A stretch of DNA of 63,447 bases, filler included, from Reclinomonas americana ATCC 50394 (lineage: Eukaryota), in NCBI GenBank assembly GCA_048213135.1. It is 6 parts of one record of this genome, joined end to end, with 100 filler letters (N's around TTAATTAATTAA, not from the genome) between each part and the next. Parts side by side here need not be neighbours in the genome. Positions count along the whole stretch, not along the records: positions 8,715 to 29,683 come from PS015028.1; positions 29,784 to 47,832 come from PS015028.1; 4 more parts are not named here. One strand, written 5' to 3'. Numbering within the stretch: the first letter of the stretch is position 1; each line of letters starts with the position of its first letter. Shown here piece after piece: positions 23,189 through 35,042 of this stretch. Under the pieces are notes generated by a model, which was given only the letters and a program-made list of their open reading frames with translations, did not search any database and had not been told where the DNA came from. The translations under genes were made by a program, and so were the position numbers.

Positions 23189-24590
23189 CGAGGTTCTGCA
23201 ATAAATGTAAGTGTGCGTCAGTGATGTCAGCGTGTAGCGTTCACCCACAGGGGGGGGGGCAGTCAGACTGACAATTGAGTCTCCTGCTTCTCCATCATCA
23301 CAAACTCTAGTCTTGATGGCAGCGTGTCTGTGTGTTATATTCTTGTCATTCCTCCTCCCCTTTGCCCTCCTACCCCTCGACTGCTTCCTCGTGACTCTGG
23401 TAGGAGGTCGAGGTTGACCAAGAGCACTTCTCGCAGCCTTTGGCGACAATTTGCGTGTTTGTGTAGACGCTTTTGTACTTGGCATCCGAAACTGAACAAC
23501 CACTTGTATTTTTTCTAGTATTGGCACGTATTGTTATCATCCACGAGGTACGTGGACATCATGTGTCGTCGTGTCATTGTGGTGAGCTGCCGCGTAACGC
23601 ATGCGTTTCTGGTTGTCTGACCTCGGTTTCGATTTTTCCGTTATTCTCAGATGATATCGAAATCCAGGCCTGNNNNNNNNNNNNNNNNNNNNNNNNNNNN
23701 NNNNNNNNNNNNNNNNNNNNNNNNNNNNNNNNNNNNNNNNNNNNNNNNNNNNNNNNNNNNNNNNNNNNNNNNNNNNNNNNNNNNNNNNNNNNNNNNNNNN
23801 NNNNNNNNNNNNNNNNNNNNNNNNNNNNNNNNNNNNNNNNNNNNNNNNNNNNNNNNNNNNNNNNNNNNNNNNNNNNNNNNNNNNNNNNNNNNNNNNNNNN
23901 NNNNNNNNNNNNNNNNNNNNNNNNNNNNNNNNNNNNNNNNNNNNNNNNNNNNNNNNNNNNNNNNNNNNNNNNNNNNNNNNNNNNNNNNNNNNNNNNNNNN
24001 NNNNNNNNNNNNNNNNNNNNNNNNNNNNNNNNNNNNNNNNNNNNNNNNNNNNNNNNNNNNNNNNNNNNNNNNNNNNNNNNNNNNNNNNNNNNNNNNNNNN
24101 NNNNNNNNNNNNNNNNNNNNNNNNNNNNNNNNNNNNNNNNNNNNNNNNNNNNNNNNNNNNNNNNNNNNNNCCCTCGTGCTCACAAGCGCGCACACGACCG
24201 GCACCGGCAAACGTATCACGAGCTTTCTGGTTTATATCGGCCCCACAGCGACGAAGAGAGAAACGACGAGAGGCAGAGAATGAGGATCGGACTCAAAAAC
24301 CGTTATTCGCCGATGTCCCAAACGAAAATTATCGTTACGTCCCAAGTCTCATATCATTTCTCGCTTCGTGCGGAGCGTCGGCAACTACCTCGTGGCCCGC
24401 GTCTCCTACAAGCAGGTGTGTGACTGTGCGGTTGTTGTCGTTAACACACACACACACACACATACACGTTGCCCTTTGGAGCTCACACCCTGCTGCGCTC
24501 TGCATTCCCCCCCTCCGCAGTTTTTTGTTTGTTTGTGTTGTTTAGTTGTTTGCTCTGTTTCGCACTCCGCCACCACCACCACCATCCATC

Positions 24591-27500
24591 ATGCAGCAAC
24601 AGCGCCGCTCGACGTCGGCGCTGACGTTGGTGCTTGCCGCCTTCGTCCTCATTGCAGTGGCCCACGCAGCCACTGCGCAACTCACAATCGACCCCATCAC
24701 CACGGTCACGGCACCGCAGGGCGGTCTCCTCACCTTCTCCGTCACTGTCAACAACCCCACGGCTGGACCCATCTCTGGCTCGGACTGGTCGCTCGACTTC
24801 AACCTCGGCGCAGCCTTCACCTCTCAGTCTGTGGTCTATGACACGGCTGTGTCGAGTGGCGCCTGCACCAGCAGCAGCTGCACTGGTTCCAACCTGGCAG
24901 CCGCCGCCTCGGTCACGTTCACTCTGCAGTGGGACCTGCTGCTCAACTCCCCGATTGGCGGCGGCACCTTGACGGTGACTGCACGCCAGCTGGCGCAGGC
25001 CGACGTGATTGCAACGACCGCTTTCACCGTTACCGACGCACCCAGTTTCGTTTCCGGACACACGCGATTTTTGCTGCATGTAACCGTTTGTCGTGTTTGT
25101 GGCTGACTGATCTTATTCGTTGTCTCTCTTCCTCCTCTCCTCGCACAGCCTACACGAGCAGCTATGTGCTCGTGCTGGCCGATTCGTGCTCTGCGACGCC
25201 GATTCCGATCACTGCGCAGACGCAAGCTGTGAACGGCTCCGCGCTGGCCAATGGCTCGACCCTCGGTCTGTTTACTAGCTTCAGTGCTGGCACCAGTGCC
25301 TGCTCGGGTGCGGCACCGGCCTCGGCCACGGCCGCGACGAGCGCCACCAATGGCACTGCCACGTCGCAGACGCTGACGATCAACAGCACTGGTCTTACCG
25401 ACAACTCGCTGTACTACCTGTGCATCCAAACTGATGCCGCGTCGGTGTTCTACAACACGGGCATTGTGGTGTCGACTGCCGGCGCATGCATTGGCACTGT
25501 CGAGCAGGAGGCGTCGAAGCCCACGCCTGCCAACCCATTCCAGGTTTGTGTTTTTCTGACTTTGTTCTTGTTTGTGTCGTTGCTTGGTGTGTTTGCTCAA
25601 AGAATGTTCTTCTTCTTCTTCTTCTTCCAGCTTGCTCTGGGCGGTTGCTTCAGCGGCACGCAGCAGTACGCCATCACTGGCGCCAACCTGACCAGCTCGT
25701 CGGGCAACACCAGAATCTACCGCGCCTTCACCGACGCGACCTGCACGACGGCCAACCAGGCGATTGGCATCACGGTCGCGGCGAGCTCGGCCACCGCTGC
25801 CACGGTGTCGTTCGACACTTCGGCGCAGACGAGCGCCGTCTCGAGCGCGCTGCAGATTTGCTACACGGCCAATGGCACTGATTGGGTCGCCACCGGCTCT
25901 TCGCTGTTGGTCGACGCTTCGTGCTTCACGTCGCCGCGCCCGCTGCTGGCCACCGACGGTGCCAGCCCGTGCAGCACGCTCTCTCCGGTGACCATTATCG
26001 CCGAAGGTTTCAACATGCCGCTCAACAAGCCCCTCTCGGTCGGCCTCTTCAGCGACCAGACCTGTGTGACGCCGTCGACTGTGATCGCCATCCCGAGCCA
26101 AGACAGCACTGTTTCCAGCGCCGGCTTCAATGGCGGCAACAGCTTCGAGTTTGCCGTGCGCTCGGCATCGGCTCCGCAGAGCGGCGGTCTCTACCTGTGC
26201 ACTCGCACTCCGAGCTCGCTGGTGTGGGCGTGGACTGGCATTGTGGCCCGCAACGACGGCACGTGCTTGTCCGACTTTGGTCTCGGTGGCTTCCTTGGCC
26301 CGGTCAGCGAGATTCAGCTGACTCCGGGCTGCCAGGGCTCGACGCCGGTGACGGTGACTGCGGCTGCTGGTGGCATCTACTCCGAGGCTGCGCCGTCGTC
26401 GTCGATTCAGTACACGGCCGCCACCACGCCCAACTGCTACGGCAGTGTCCCGCAGTCGGTCAACACGACGATCAGCATTGCCAAGGCCGGCGCTGGCACC
26501 AGCCAGTACTCGCTGCTCACCAGCGCGCTGACCCCGCCTGGCGTGTACTTCCTCTGCATGTCGAACGGTGGCAGCAACCCTGCTTGGACTGGTGCGACTA
26601 TGCGTGTGGCTGGCTCGTGCATCAACGCCAACAAGTCGATTCAGCGCGGCGTGTGCGGCATTGACTCTGACGATGTGCCCGACGCGTCGCTGCCGGAGAA
26701 CATTGAGCTCGGCTCTGGCCGTCGCAAGACCATTACGCTGGCTGGCACGCACTTTGACGACGCTGTCGGCTACCAGTACGCTGTGTTCAACGCTCAGGCC
26801 ACTGACGGCTCGTGCGCGACTACCACTACTGTGGCGCCGACCAGCAACGTTCCGGAGGTTTGTGCTTTCATCACTGTTTTTTGTTGCTTGCCATTTCTTT
26901 GCTGTGCGTACTCAACTGCAACGTCTCACCACAGCTCCTCCAACACACGGTGACTGTGAATGGTGCCACCTCGGCCATCCTCACGTGGGCGGATCGCGGC
27001 AGTGGCATTGCGCCTGGCACGTACCTCATTTGCTCGAACCCGCTGGACCAGACGGCGCCGGTTCGCTACCGCCCGACTGGTGCGACGCTGACGGTGGAGG
27101 CGCCGTGCGTGTGGTACCCGATTGTTGTGCCGCTGATTGCTGGCAAGGCTGGCCCTGGCCAGACTCTTGACGTGCGCGGTGGCTTCTACACTGGTGCCAA
27201 CCAGGCGTTTGCTGTTGCCTCGGACAAGAACTGCGCCAACCGCAATGCCAACATCACCGCCACTGTGACGCCGACCGCGACGCACGCGCTGATCTCGTTC
27301 GCCACGCTGACGCAGAGCACTGCGGCGAGCAACCAGTACCTGTGCCAGTCGCCCGACACCACTGTCGGTACTCCGGTGTGGAGCCCGGTGCTGAATGTCT
27401 CGATCAATATCTGTTGCGTTTCTTCTTCTTCCCTTTCCTCCTCCTCTCTGCGAGTGTGCGCTGACATTTGCATGTGGAAACCATTGCAGTGACCCCGCAA

Positions 27501-29283
27501 GTGTCGCCGACGTCGCTGCCGTCGGGCGTTGCCAATGCTGTGGTGACCATCTCGGGCGCGAATCTGTCTCTGCTCAGCCAGACGCCGTCCAACTTCCAGT
27601 TCTACATTGATTCTGGCGCTTGCGGCAACGGCCCGAACCCGCCGGTTTCTGGCAACATGGGTGTCCGCGCGGTCACTAGCGGCCTCGCCAATGCACTGTT
27701 CCTCCGTGTGGACACGCGCACCAACCCGGTGTCGTCGCTCAACCCGACGTGCTCGGATCTGCTGGCGACTGGCTCGTACAACCTGTGCGGTCGCTTCAAC
27801 CGCATCCAGGCGTACACGTCGCTTGCGACGATCACTGTGACTGGTGAGTGATGTGTTGTTTGTGACTGTTTTGCGAGAGATGGCAAGTTTGTGTGACCAC
27901 CTTTTTCTGTCCTCTCGTTTGCAGCCTCGACGCAGCCGGCTGCCACGCTCAGCTTCCCGAATGTGGCGACTGCTGGCGCGCCGTTCTCGCTGACTGTGCT
28001 TGGTGACTTCTTCACCGAGTGCACGCTGTTCTCGATTGCCAAGGTGGGCCTGGTGTGCGGCCCCGGCAATGCCAGCAGTGTGACGGTCGGTGCCACGGCC
28101 ATGTCGGAGTGCGACGAGTCGGGCTTCTGCGGCAAGGCTGTGATTCCCACCACCATTGCCACTGGCGGCTCGTACAAGGTGTGCTACCGCAAGGTCAACA
28201 CGTCGGTGTGGGCGGAGGTGCCGCGCGGCATTATCAGCGTTGGCTCTCGTTGCGTAATTACTCTTTTTTTGTTTTTGTGGTGACGACGATGATGCTCACA
28301 CTGTTCTTCTTCTTTGTTTTCGTGCAGACGTGCAAACGCTCTCGATCGACCACATGAGCGACGCTGCGGCGTGGCAGGCGGCCAACTTTGATGATGGCGT
28401 CGGCACTCGTGTGTTCACCACCACCACCACGTTCTCGGAGGAGTTTGCGCGCCGTCCGGCGATTCTGGTTGGCATGAACTCGTTCCTGTTGGCCAACAAC
28501 TCGGACGGTCGCCTGTACTGCTCTGCTGAGCGCTTCGACACGCGGTCGATCACCACTCGCTGCGTGACCTACAGCGACACTCAGATCACGTCGTTCAACA
28601 TCAGCATCCTGGCGCAGTTCACGCCGCGCGATCTGGCTCGCTCCAACACGGGTACTCTGCTGTACTCGTCGCAGGGCCGTGCCGACTGGTGGCGTGTGCC
28701 GTCTACTGGTGCCGGCACGCGCACTCAGACCAAGACGGAGCGCCACAGCCAGCTGCCGTCGCTGTACAACTCGCCGCCGGTGATTGCCCACGGTCTGCGC
28801 CACTTGTACACTGGCCGCGGCCGTGACGTGCGCTTCACTGCGACTCTGCCACTGGCCTCGATCACGACGGAGAAGTTCTCGCACGAGGCGAGCGCACTGC
28901 TCGATTCGCGCATTGCCCGTCTGGCCTACTCGTGGATGTCGTTCCCCACTGGTGTCAATGGCGGCTACCAGATGTTGGTGGGCGAGGGCACGCTGACTGG
29001 CGGCACCACGTCCATCACCTTCAGCAACGCCTTCAACGCGCCTCCGCAGGTGCTGACGTTCCTGCGAGGTGTGCAGGTCGACAGCTCCGACAATGCCACT
29101 CTGGCTGCCGACGGCACGTCGTCTGCATGGGGTGCGACTGTTGACGTGATTATTGCGTCGGTGGCACCCACTGGCTTCACTGCCGAGGGTGGTGCTCAGG
29201 ACAGCAACGGCGGCGGTATCTACAACAGCGGCAACCACCAGACTCAGGCGGACTTCTCGTGGGTGGCGTTTGGCACCGCGTAA
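24591..29283 (+). CDS. 1395-aa secreted Ser/Thr/Cys-rich protein: DUF11/Ig-like N-domain, about 8 beta-rich repeats, 3 C-terminal H-type-lectin-like domains
   Basis: Introns 25045-25148, 25544-25630, 26858-26934, 27413-27489, 27844-27924, 28249-28327 give a continuous 4188-nt CDS; signal peptide; recurrent (G)xYxLC motif; FSEEFARRPAIL / YNSPPVI / ITFSNAFNAPPQVL repeats. Confidence 0.85.
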
Positions 29284-29982
29284 TGATGTGGGCGGTGTGC
29301 ATGTGTTGTTTTCCGGCTCCGCATTGCAGAATGCGAGGACCAAGTTGTGGGAGGGAGGGAGTTTGTGTATGTTGTTTGCGTTTCTTTCTGTGTTTGCTGT
29401 TTCTGCTCGATTTTGTAGTCGGTGCGCGCCAGTCGAGCTGCTTGCTGGCTGACTGCCACCGTATGTAGTAGTGGTTTTGCTGTTGTTGTTGTTGTTGTCA
29501 TCATCATCAATGAAGAAGCGTGGACATCGCTTGTTCTACACCCCAACACAATCATGGCAGTTTTAAGATGATAGATGATAGATGATAGATAGAGGCACTA
29601 ACAAGTTTCTGCTGCGATTTGCATGGGTCGGTGAACGACTTGCACACTTCTAGAAGTGCAGCTTTGTGTTTGTGAACAAACCGNNNNNNNNNNNNNNNNN
29701 NNNNNNNNNNNNNNNNNNNNNNNNNNNTTAATTAATTAANNNNNNNNNNNNNNNNNNNNNNNNNNNNNNNNNNNNNNNNNNNNCAGTGCAGACAATCGAT
29801 TGGTTGCTGCATTCACGATGAGATCGATATCTCGACTAGAACTCACAAGCCAACAACTCGAGCACTATGATCGTATCAGCGACTTCCTCTCCCTGATTTG
29901 CGTGACGCAGCACACCGCCGATTTCACTTGTACACACTTCAAAACACAGACGAAAAAACAAACAGGCGAGGGTAGAGAGAGC

Positions 29983-32900
29983 TCACAAGCGCGGGCCGGC
30001 GGCACGAATCTCGTCCGAGGCGCGATCCTCGTACTTCTTGAAGTTCTCAATGAAGCGCACAGCCAGACGAGTGAGGGTGGCGTCGTACGCCGTCACGTCC
30101 CTCCACATCATCTGCGGCTGCAGGATCTCGTCGGGCACATTCGGGCAGTGCTTCGGCACGTGCAGACCAAAGATGGCGTTCTCCACCGTCTCCTGCTTGG
30201 CCAAGTCGCCCGAGTGAATCGCATCGACCATGGCGCGCGTGTACTTGAGTGAGCAACGGCGACCGACGCCGTACGAGCCTCCGACCCAGCCCGTGTTCAG
30301 CAACCACGCTTGGGCGCCGTATGTGACCAACTTTTGCGCCAACATCTCGGCGTACTTGGTCGGGTGCCACACCAAGAACGGCTCGCCAAAGCAAGCAGAG
30401 AACGTGGCCTCCGGCTCGGTGATGCCGACCTCAGTGCCAGCCACCTTGGCAGTGTATCCACTGATGAAGTGGTACATGGCCTGCGCCGTCGTCAGCTTCG
30501 ACACCGGCGGCAACACGCCGAAAGCGTCGCACGTGAGCAGAATGACGTTGTTCGGGTGCTGGCCAATGGCGGGGATCTTGCAGTTGGGGATGTGCTCCAG
30601 CGGGTACGCAGCACGCGTGTTCTCCGTGATGGAGATGTCGTGGTAGTCGACCAGGCGAGTGTGCTCGTCAAAGACCACATTCTGTGTGCGCGCAGATGAG
30701 GAACAGATACACTCCGCACACATGACGATGATGATGTGCGTGAGCGACAAACCTCCAACACGGCACCAAAGCGCAGCGCATCGAAAATCTCCGGCTCCTT
30801 CTCGTGCGTGAGGTCCACACACTTGGCGTAGCAGCCGCCTTCAATGTTGAAGATGCCACCGTCGGTCCACACGTGCTCATCGTCGCCAATGAGCTTGCGG
30901 TGCGGATCGGCACTCAGTGTGGTCTTGCCGGTGCCCGACAGACCAAAGAAGAGAGTGGTGGTGCCGTCGGGGCCTGCACGAGGGCGGTGATCGCAATGAG
31001 CGGGAAGAGAAAGTGAAAGCAACACAGCACAATTACAGACCTTCGTTGGCTGACGAGTGCAGCGGCAACACGTCCAACTTGGCCATGAGGTACATCATAA
31101 TCGTCAACACACCCTTCTTCATCTCGCCGGCGTACAGCGTGCCGAGAATGACCATCTCACGACGGCCGAGATGAATGGCCACAGATGTCGACGACGTCAT
31201 GCCCTTGGTGAAGCGGTTGGCGGGGAAGGCGCCGGCGTTGTAGATGATGTAGTCGGGCTCACCAAAGTCGGCCAGCTCCTCACGAGTCGGGCGGATCAGC
31301 ATGTCGTGCATGAACAGCGCGTGGTAGGCACGCTCGCAGACGACACGGATCTGGGCGATGGGGTGAGGAAGGAAAGGGGAGGAGCGGGAAAATAGAGGAT
31401 GCAACAAATATAGGGAACACACCTTGATGCGGTACACGGGATCCCACCCGGCGTAGCCGTCAAACACGTACAACTGGTCGCGCGTGTTGAGGTAATCAAT
31501 GGCGCGCTCGCGGTTACTGCAACAGCAAAGGTCAGGATGCATGCAGCACACCCTTGCAGATAAAAAAAGAAACGCAACATCAAAAACGACGCCTCGTCGA
31601 GCTTGATGTTGACGGGGCCCCACCACACGTCCTCCTTGGTCGACGGCTCCTCGACAATGCGCTTGTCCTTGGGCGAACGGCCAGTCTTCGCACCCGAACG
31701 GGTGATCAGAGCACCAGTGCTGGTCATGTAGGAGCCCTGCGAACAGCACGGGAGGGATGAGTATTGACAGAAGCAGAGCGGTTGCCTTTCTTCACGCACC
31801 TTTTCGCGCTGCAACGCCTGCTCGTAGAGCACAGGCACGGAGGCATTGCGGAAAATCTTTTGTGTGGTCAAACCGTATTCCTGGTCAAAGTCGGAGTGAG
31901 ATCTCGGAAACACACACACACAAAGAGCAGTACAGAGACATAAAAGACAAACCTCCACGTTGACGTGGTCCACGTCTGACCGGAAAGCATACACGTCAGC
32001 ACCAGCAGCAACAAGTGAAAGGAATCTCTCTCCTCGCAAGGCAGCAGACAGTGTGCGGGAAGGAGATGCACGGGGACAGAGGGTGGGGAGCAACTCACGA
32101 GGTGCGTGGCGCACAGGAGAGAGCAAGAGAGCGAGAGATGGTGCGACATCTCGAGACAACTGAACAAAAGTGAAGACGCAAACACGCAGTGACGGGAAAG
32201 AGGTGGGGAGAGAGGGAGGGAGGGAGAGGAGACGGGGGAACAGGCAAAAGCGGAGTGTGTCACGAGGTGCACTGATGGAGAAAGTAACGCGCGCGCAGCA
32301 GACACACACACGAGGGAATCTCTGCACAATTGCAGAGGCACACAAACCTCCGAGGTCGCGGTGGTGAGCCTGCACAGAGAAGCAAGCGGAAAAGTGAGTG
32401 ATTCTTTCACCTGGGAGGGANNNNNNNNNNNNNNNNNNNNNNNNNNNNNNNNNNNNNNNNNNNNNNNNNNNNNNNNNNNNNNNNNNNNNNNNNNNNNNNN
32501 NNNNNNNNNNNNNNNNNNNNNNNNNNNNNNNNNNNNNNNNNNNNNNNNNNNNNNNNNNNNNNNNNNNNNNNNNNNNNNNNNNNNNNNNNNNNNNNNNNNN
32601 NNNNNNNNNNNNNNNNNNNNNNNNNNNNNNNNNNNNNNNNNNNNNNNNNNNNNNNNNNNNNNNNNNNNNNNNNNNNNNNNNNNNNNNNNNNNNNNNNNNN
32701 NNNNNNNNNNNNNNNNNNNNNNNNNNNNNNNNNNNNNNNNNNNNNNNNNNNNNNNNNNNNNNNNNNNNNNNNNNNNNNNNNNNNNNNNNNNNNNNNNNNN
32801 NNNNNNNNNNNNNNNNNNNNNNNNNNNNNNNNNNNNNNNNNNNNNNNNNNNNNNNNNNNNNNNNNNNNNNNNNNNNNNNNNNNNNNNNNNNNNNNNNNNN

Positions 32901-33320
32901 NNNNNNNNNNNNNNNNNNNNNNNNNNNNNNNNNNNNNNNNNNNNNNNNNNNNNNNNNNNNNNNNNNNNNNNNNNNNNNNNNNNNNNNNNNNNNNNNNNNN
33001 NNNNNNNNNNNNNNNNNNNNNNNNNNNNNNNNNNNNNNNNNNNNNNNNNNNNNNNNNNNNNNNNNNNNNNNNNNNNNNNNNNNNNNNNNNNNNNNNNNNN
33101 NNNNNNNNNNNNNNNNNNNNNNNNNNNNNNNNNNNNNNNNNNNNNNNNNNNNNNNNNNNNNNNNNNNNNNNGGGAGAGAGGGGGGCGATTGCCCGCGCGC
33201 GAACACACACACACACACACAAAGACACGCAACTTGGAGCATGGCGGCGCCAGCAGTGTCGACGGGCGACGATGCCAGTACACCAGCCATAGACTGGCGG
33301 AATTGATCCTCAGCGGCCAT
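29983..33320 (-). CDS. PCK1: Phosphoenolpyruvate carboxykinase (ATP), 9 exons
   Basis: [81 protein letters not shown]; includes a 22-nt exon near 32349-32370. Confidence 0.97.
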
Positions 33321-34074
33321 AGTGTTGTTGTTGTTGTTTGTTTGAGCTTGTCAGCGCTCGGTGATGAGAGTTGAAAAGAAAAATGCGAAAAATGTGCGTT
33401 TTTCGCGCGCTTGGATTCCGGATGCGAATCTTTCTCCGCCTTTTTGACGACAATGGGCTTGGCGGCTCTGAAAGAGGGAAGAGGTGGTGCACCAGTGCAC
33501 CTCTCGTTTTTCTTCCCTGTTCGCGCTCTTGTGGCGTTGCTCAGCGCTGATGAAGTCGAGAAAGGAAATGATGCGCTGCGTTTGCAGCGCGCGCGCCCGA
33601 CTTCAACGGTTGCAGTTGCCTGCGCTGCAGCTCTGAGCAACAGCACTTGCGTAGCCATGGAGTTCGGAGCCACTTGGGCATGCTTGACCGCAGCGCTAGC
33701 CGTGACCAATTTGCAAAGGCTGTCGGATGCCCTGCGAGCACAGCGCTGCAGGACTGGCGAATCCACTGGCCTGCACACGCGCTGGCCTTGGTTCATGAAG
33801 ATCAAACACAGTGTCTCCGCCGTCAACTCCGGAAGTCATGGGCGATCCGGATCTGGGAAGTTGTCCATCTGCAACCTGGCTCGACAGGAATACATAACAG
33901 TACGCATCTACCCGTGCCATCTCGCTGGCTCCTCACGGTGAGCTGCAACAACCCTTGTTGTCTTCGGATGACGTCGAGCTGCAAATACCGGCTAATGGAT
34001 TGGCTGCCTCGAGCCAAGCAAGCAGTGTCCTTGTTCCCTCTGCTCTCGTGCCCCAATCAGGCTCTCGCCCGTGC

Positions 34075-34240
34075 ATTCGCTCTCCCTCGTCTGCATTTCG
34101 ACTGCAATTGCAGCGACGTCGAGATCAAGAAACGCTCACTCGAACTCCTTCTCCCTCTTCCCCATTTCGACTGCAATGCACGGGCTACAAGCCAGCACCA
34201 AGAAACGACAACTCGAACCCCTTCTCCCCTTTCTCCCCCT
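34075..34240. repeat. Degenerate tandem repeat, unit about 70 bp, about 2 copies
   Basis: CATTTCGACTGCAA, AAGAAACG and ACTCGAAC.CCTTCTCCC each recur at about 70-nt spacing. Confidence 0.6.
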
Positions 34241-34325
34241 CTCACTTTCACCACTCACTGCCGCACGCAACACAATCACAAAACACACAGCGGTCGAGTT
34301 TCAATCTGACCACACCCACACACAC

Positions 34326-34886
34326 TCAGTCATCTTCATCTTCATACTCATCCTCCTCCTCCTCCACCTCAGCATCCTTGTCAATCAGCAACCTCGCTGC
34401 AAGCACACCACCACCAGTGAGCCATCCACCCTGCTGCAAACACCACGACAACACACACTCACATGCATAGGCGCCAGGTACCACATCCGCTGCGCGCACA
34501 CACACACACGCACACAGAGTGAGACGCACACGCCAAGCAGCCGCTCCACTCTATGCGCGCAACTCTTCTTGAACCATCGCGCAATCCAACTGTCGCGCGG
34601 GTTGATGATACACAAGAACCTGCCACAAGCACCATCAGCAACAGACACACACTCACTCTCTCTCTCTCTTTCACACGCACCCTTCAAACAAGGTCGTGGT
34701 CTCTTGCCTGCCATCTGACGCCGGCCACGCACAGTTCTGGCACCCATCGGCCAGGAACTGCGACATGGTCTTGATCAGTCGACAGGTGAGACACGCGCGC
34801 AGCTGTCGCTGACTCGAGGGCATGGTCAGCGCCAGGAGACCAGCAGCTGCTGCTCCGTGCCCATGCGCCCCATCATCGAGATCCAT
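34326..34886 (-). CDS. SPT4: Transcription elongation factor SPT4, 4 exons, acidic tail
   Basis: LRACLTCRLIKT..QF..DGCQNC, TTTLFEG|FLCIINPRDSWIARW, VPGAYA. Confidence 0.93.
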
Positions 34887-35042
34887 GCTCACTGCACACA
34901 CACAACAACGAAAGAACGAAAGAAGGCTAGGACAGCGCAGAGGACAGCCACACACAACGAACGCAATCACAGTGTTGCGTGCGTGCCTTTGTCTGCTGCT
35001 CACTCACACGTTGTGCGCTGATTGGCGGCTGTGCTGCTGCAG

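Noticed and set aside
24836-26752. 638-aa antisense ORF (and similar shadows over PEPCK, NEK and LRR genes)
   Set aside because: Shadow of a GC3-biased sense CDS; no independent coding signal
29645-29658. Palindrome CACTTCTAGAAGTG resembling a heat-shock element
   Set aside because: Only two nGAAn units, downstream of a gene and next to a gap; no support
32099-32159. Possible alternative PEPCK exon (CAG...GTGAGT) containing an ATG
   Set aside because: 61 nt and phase-incompatible with the flanking exons in both readings
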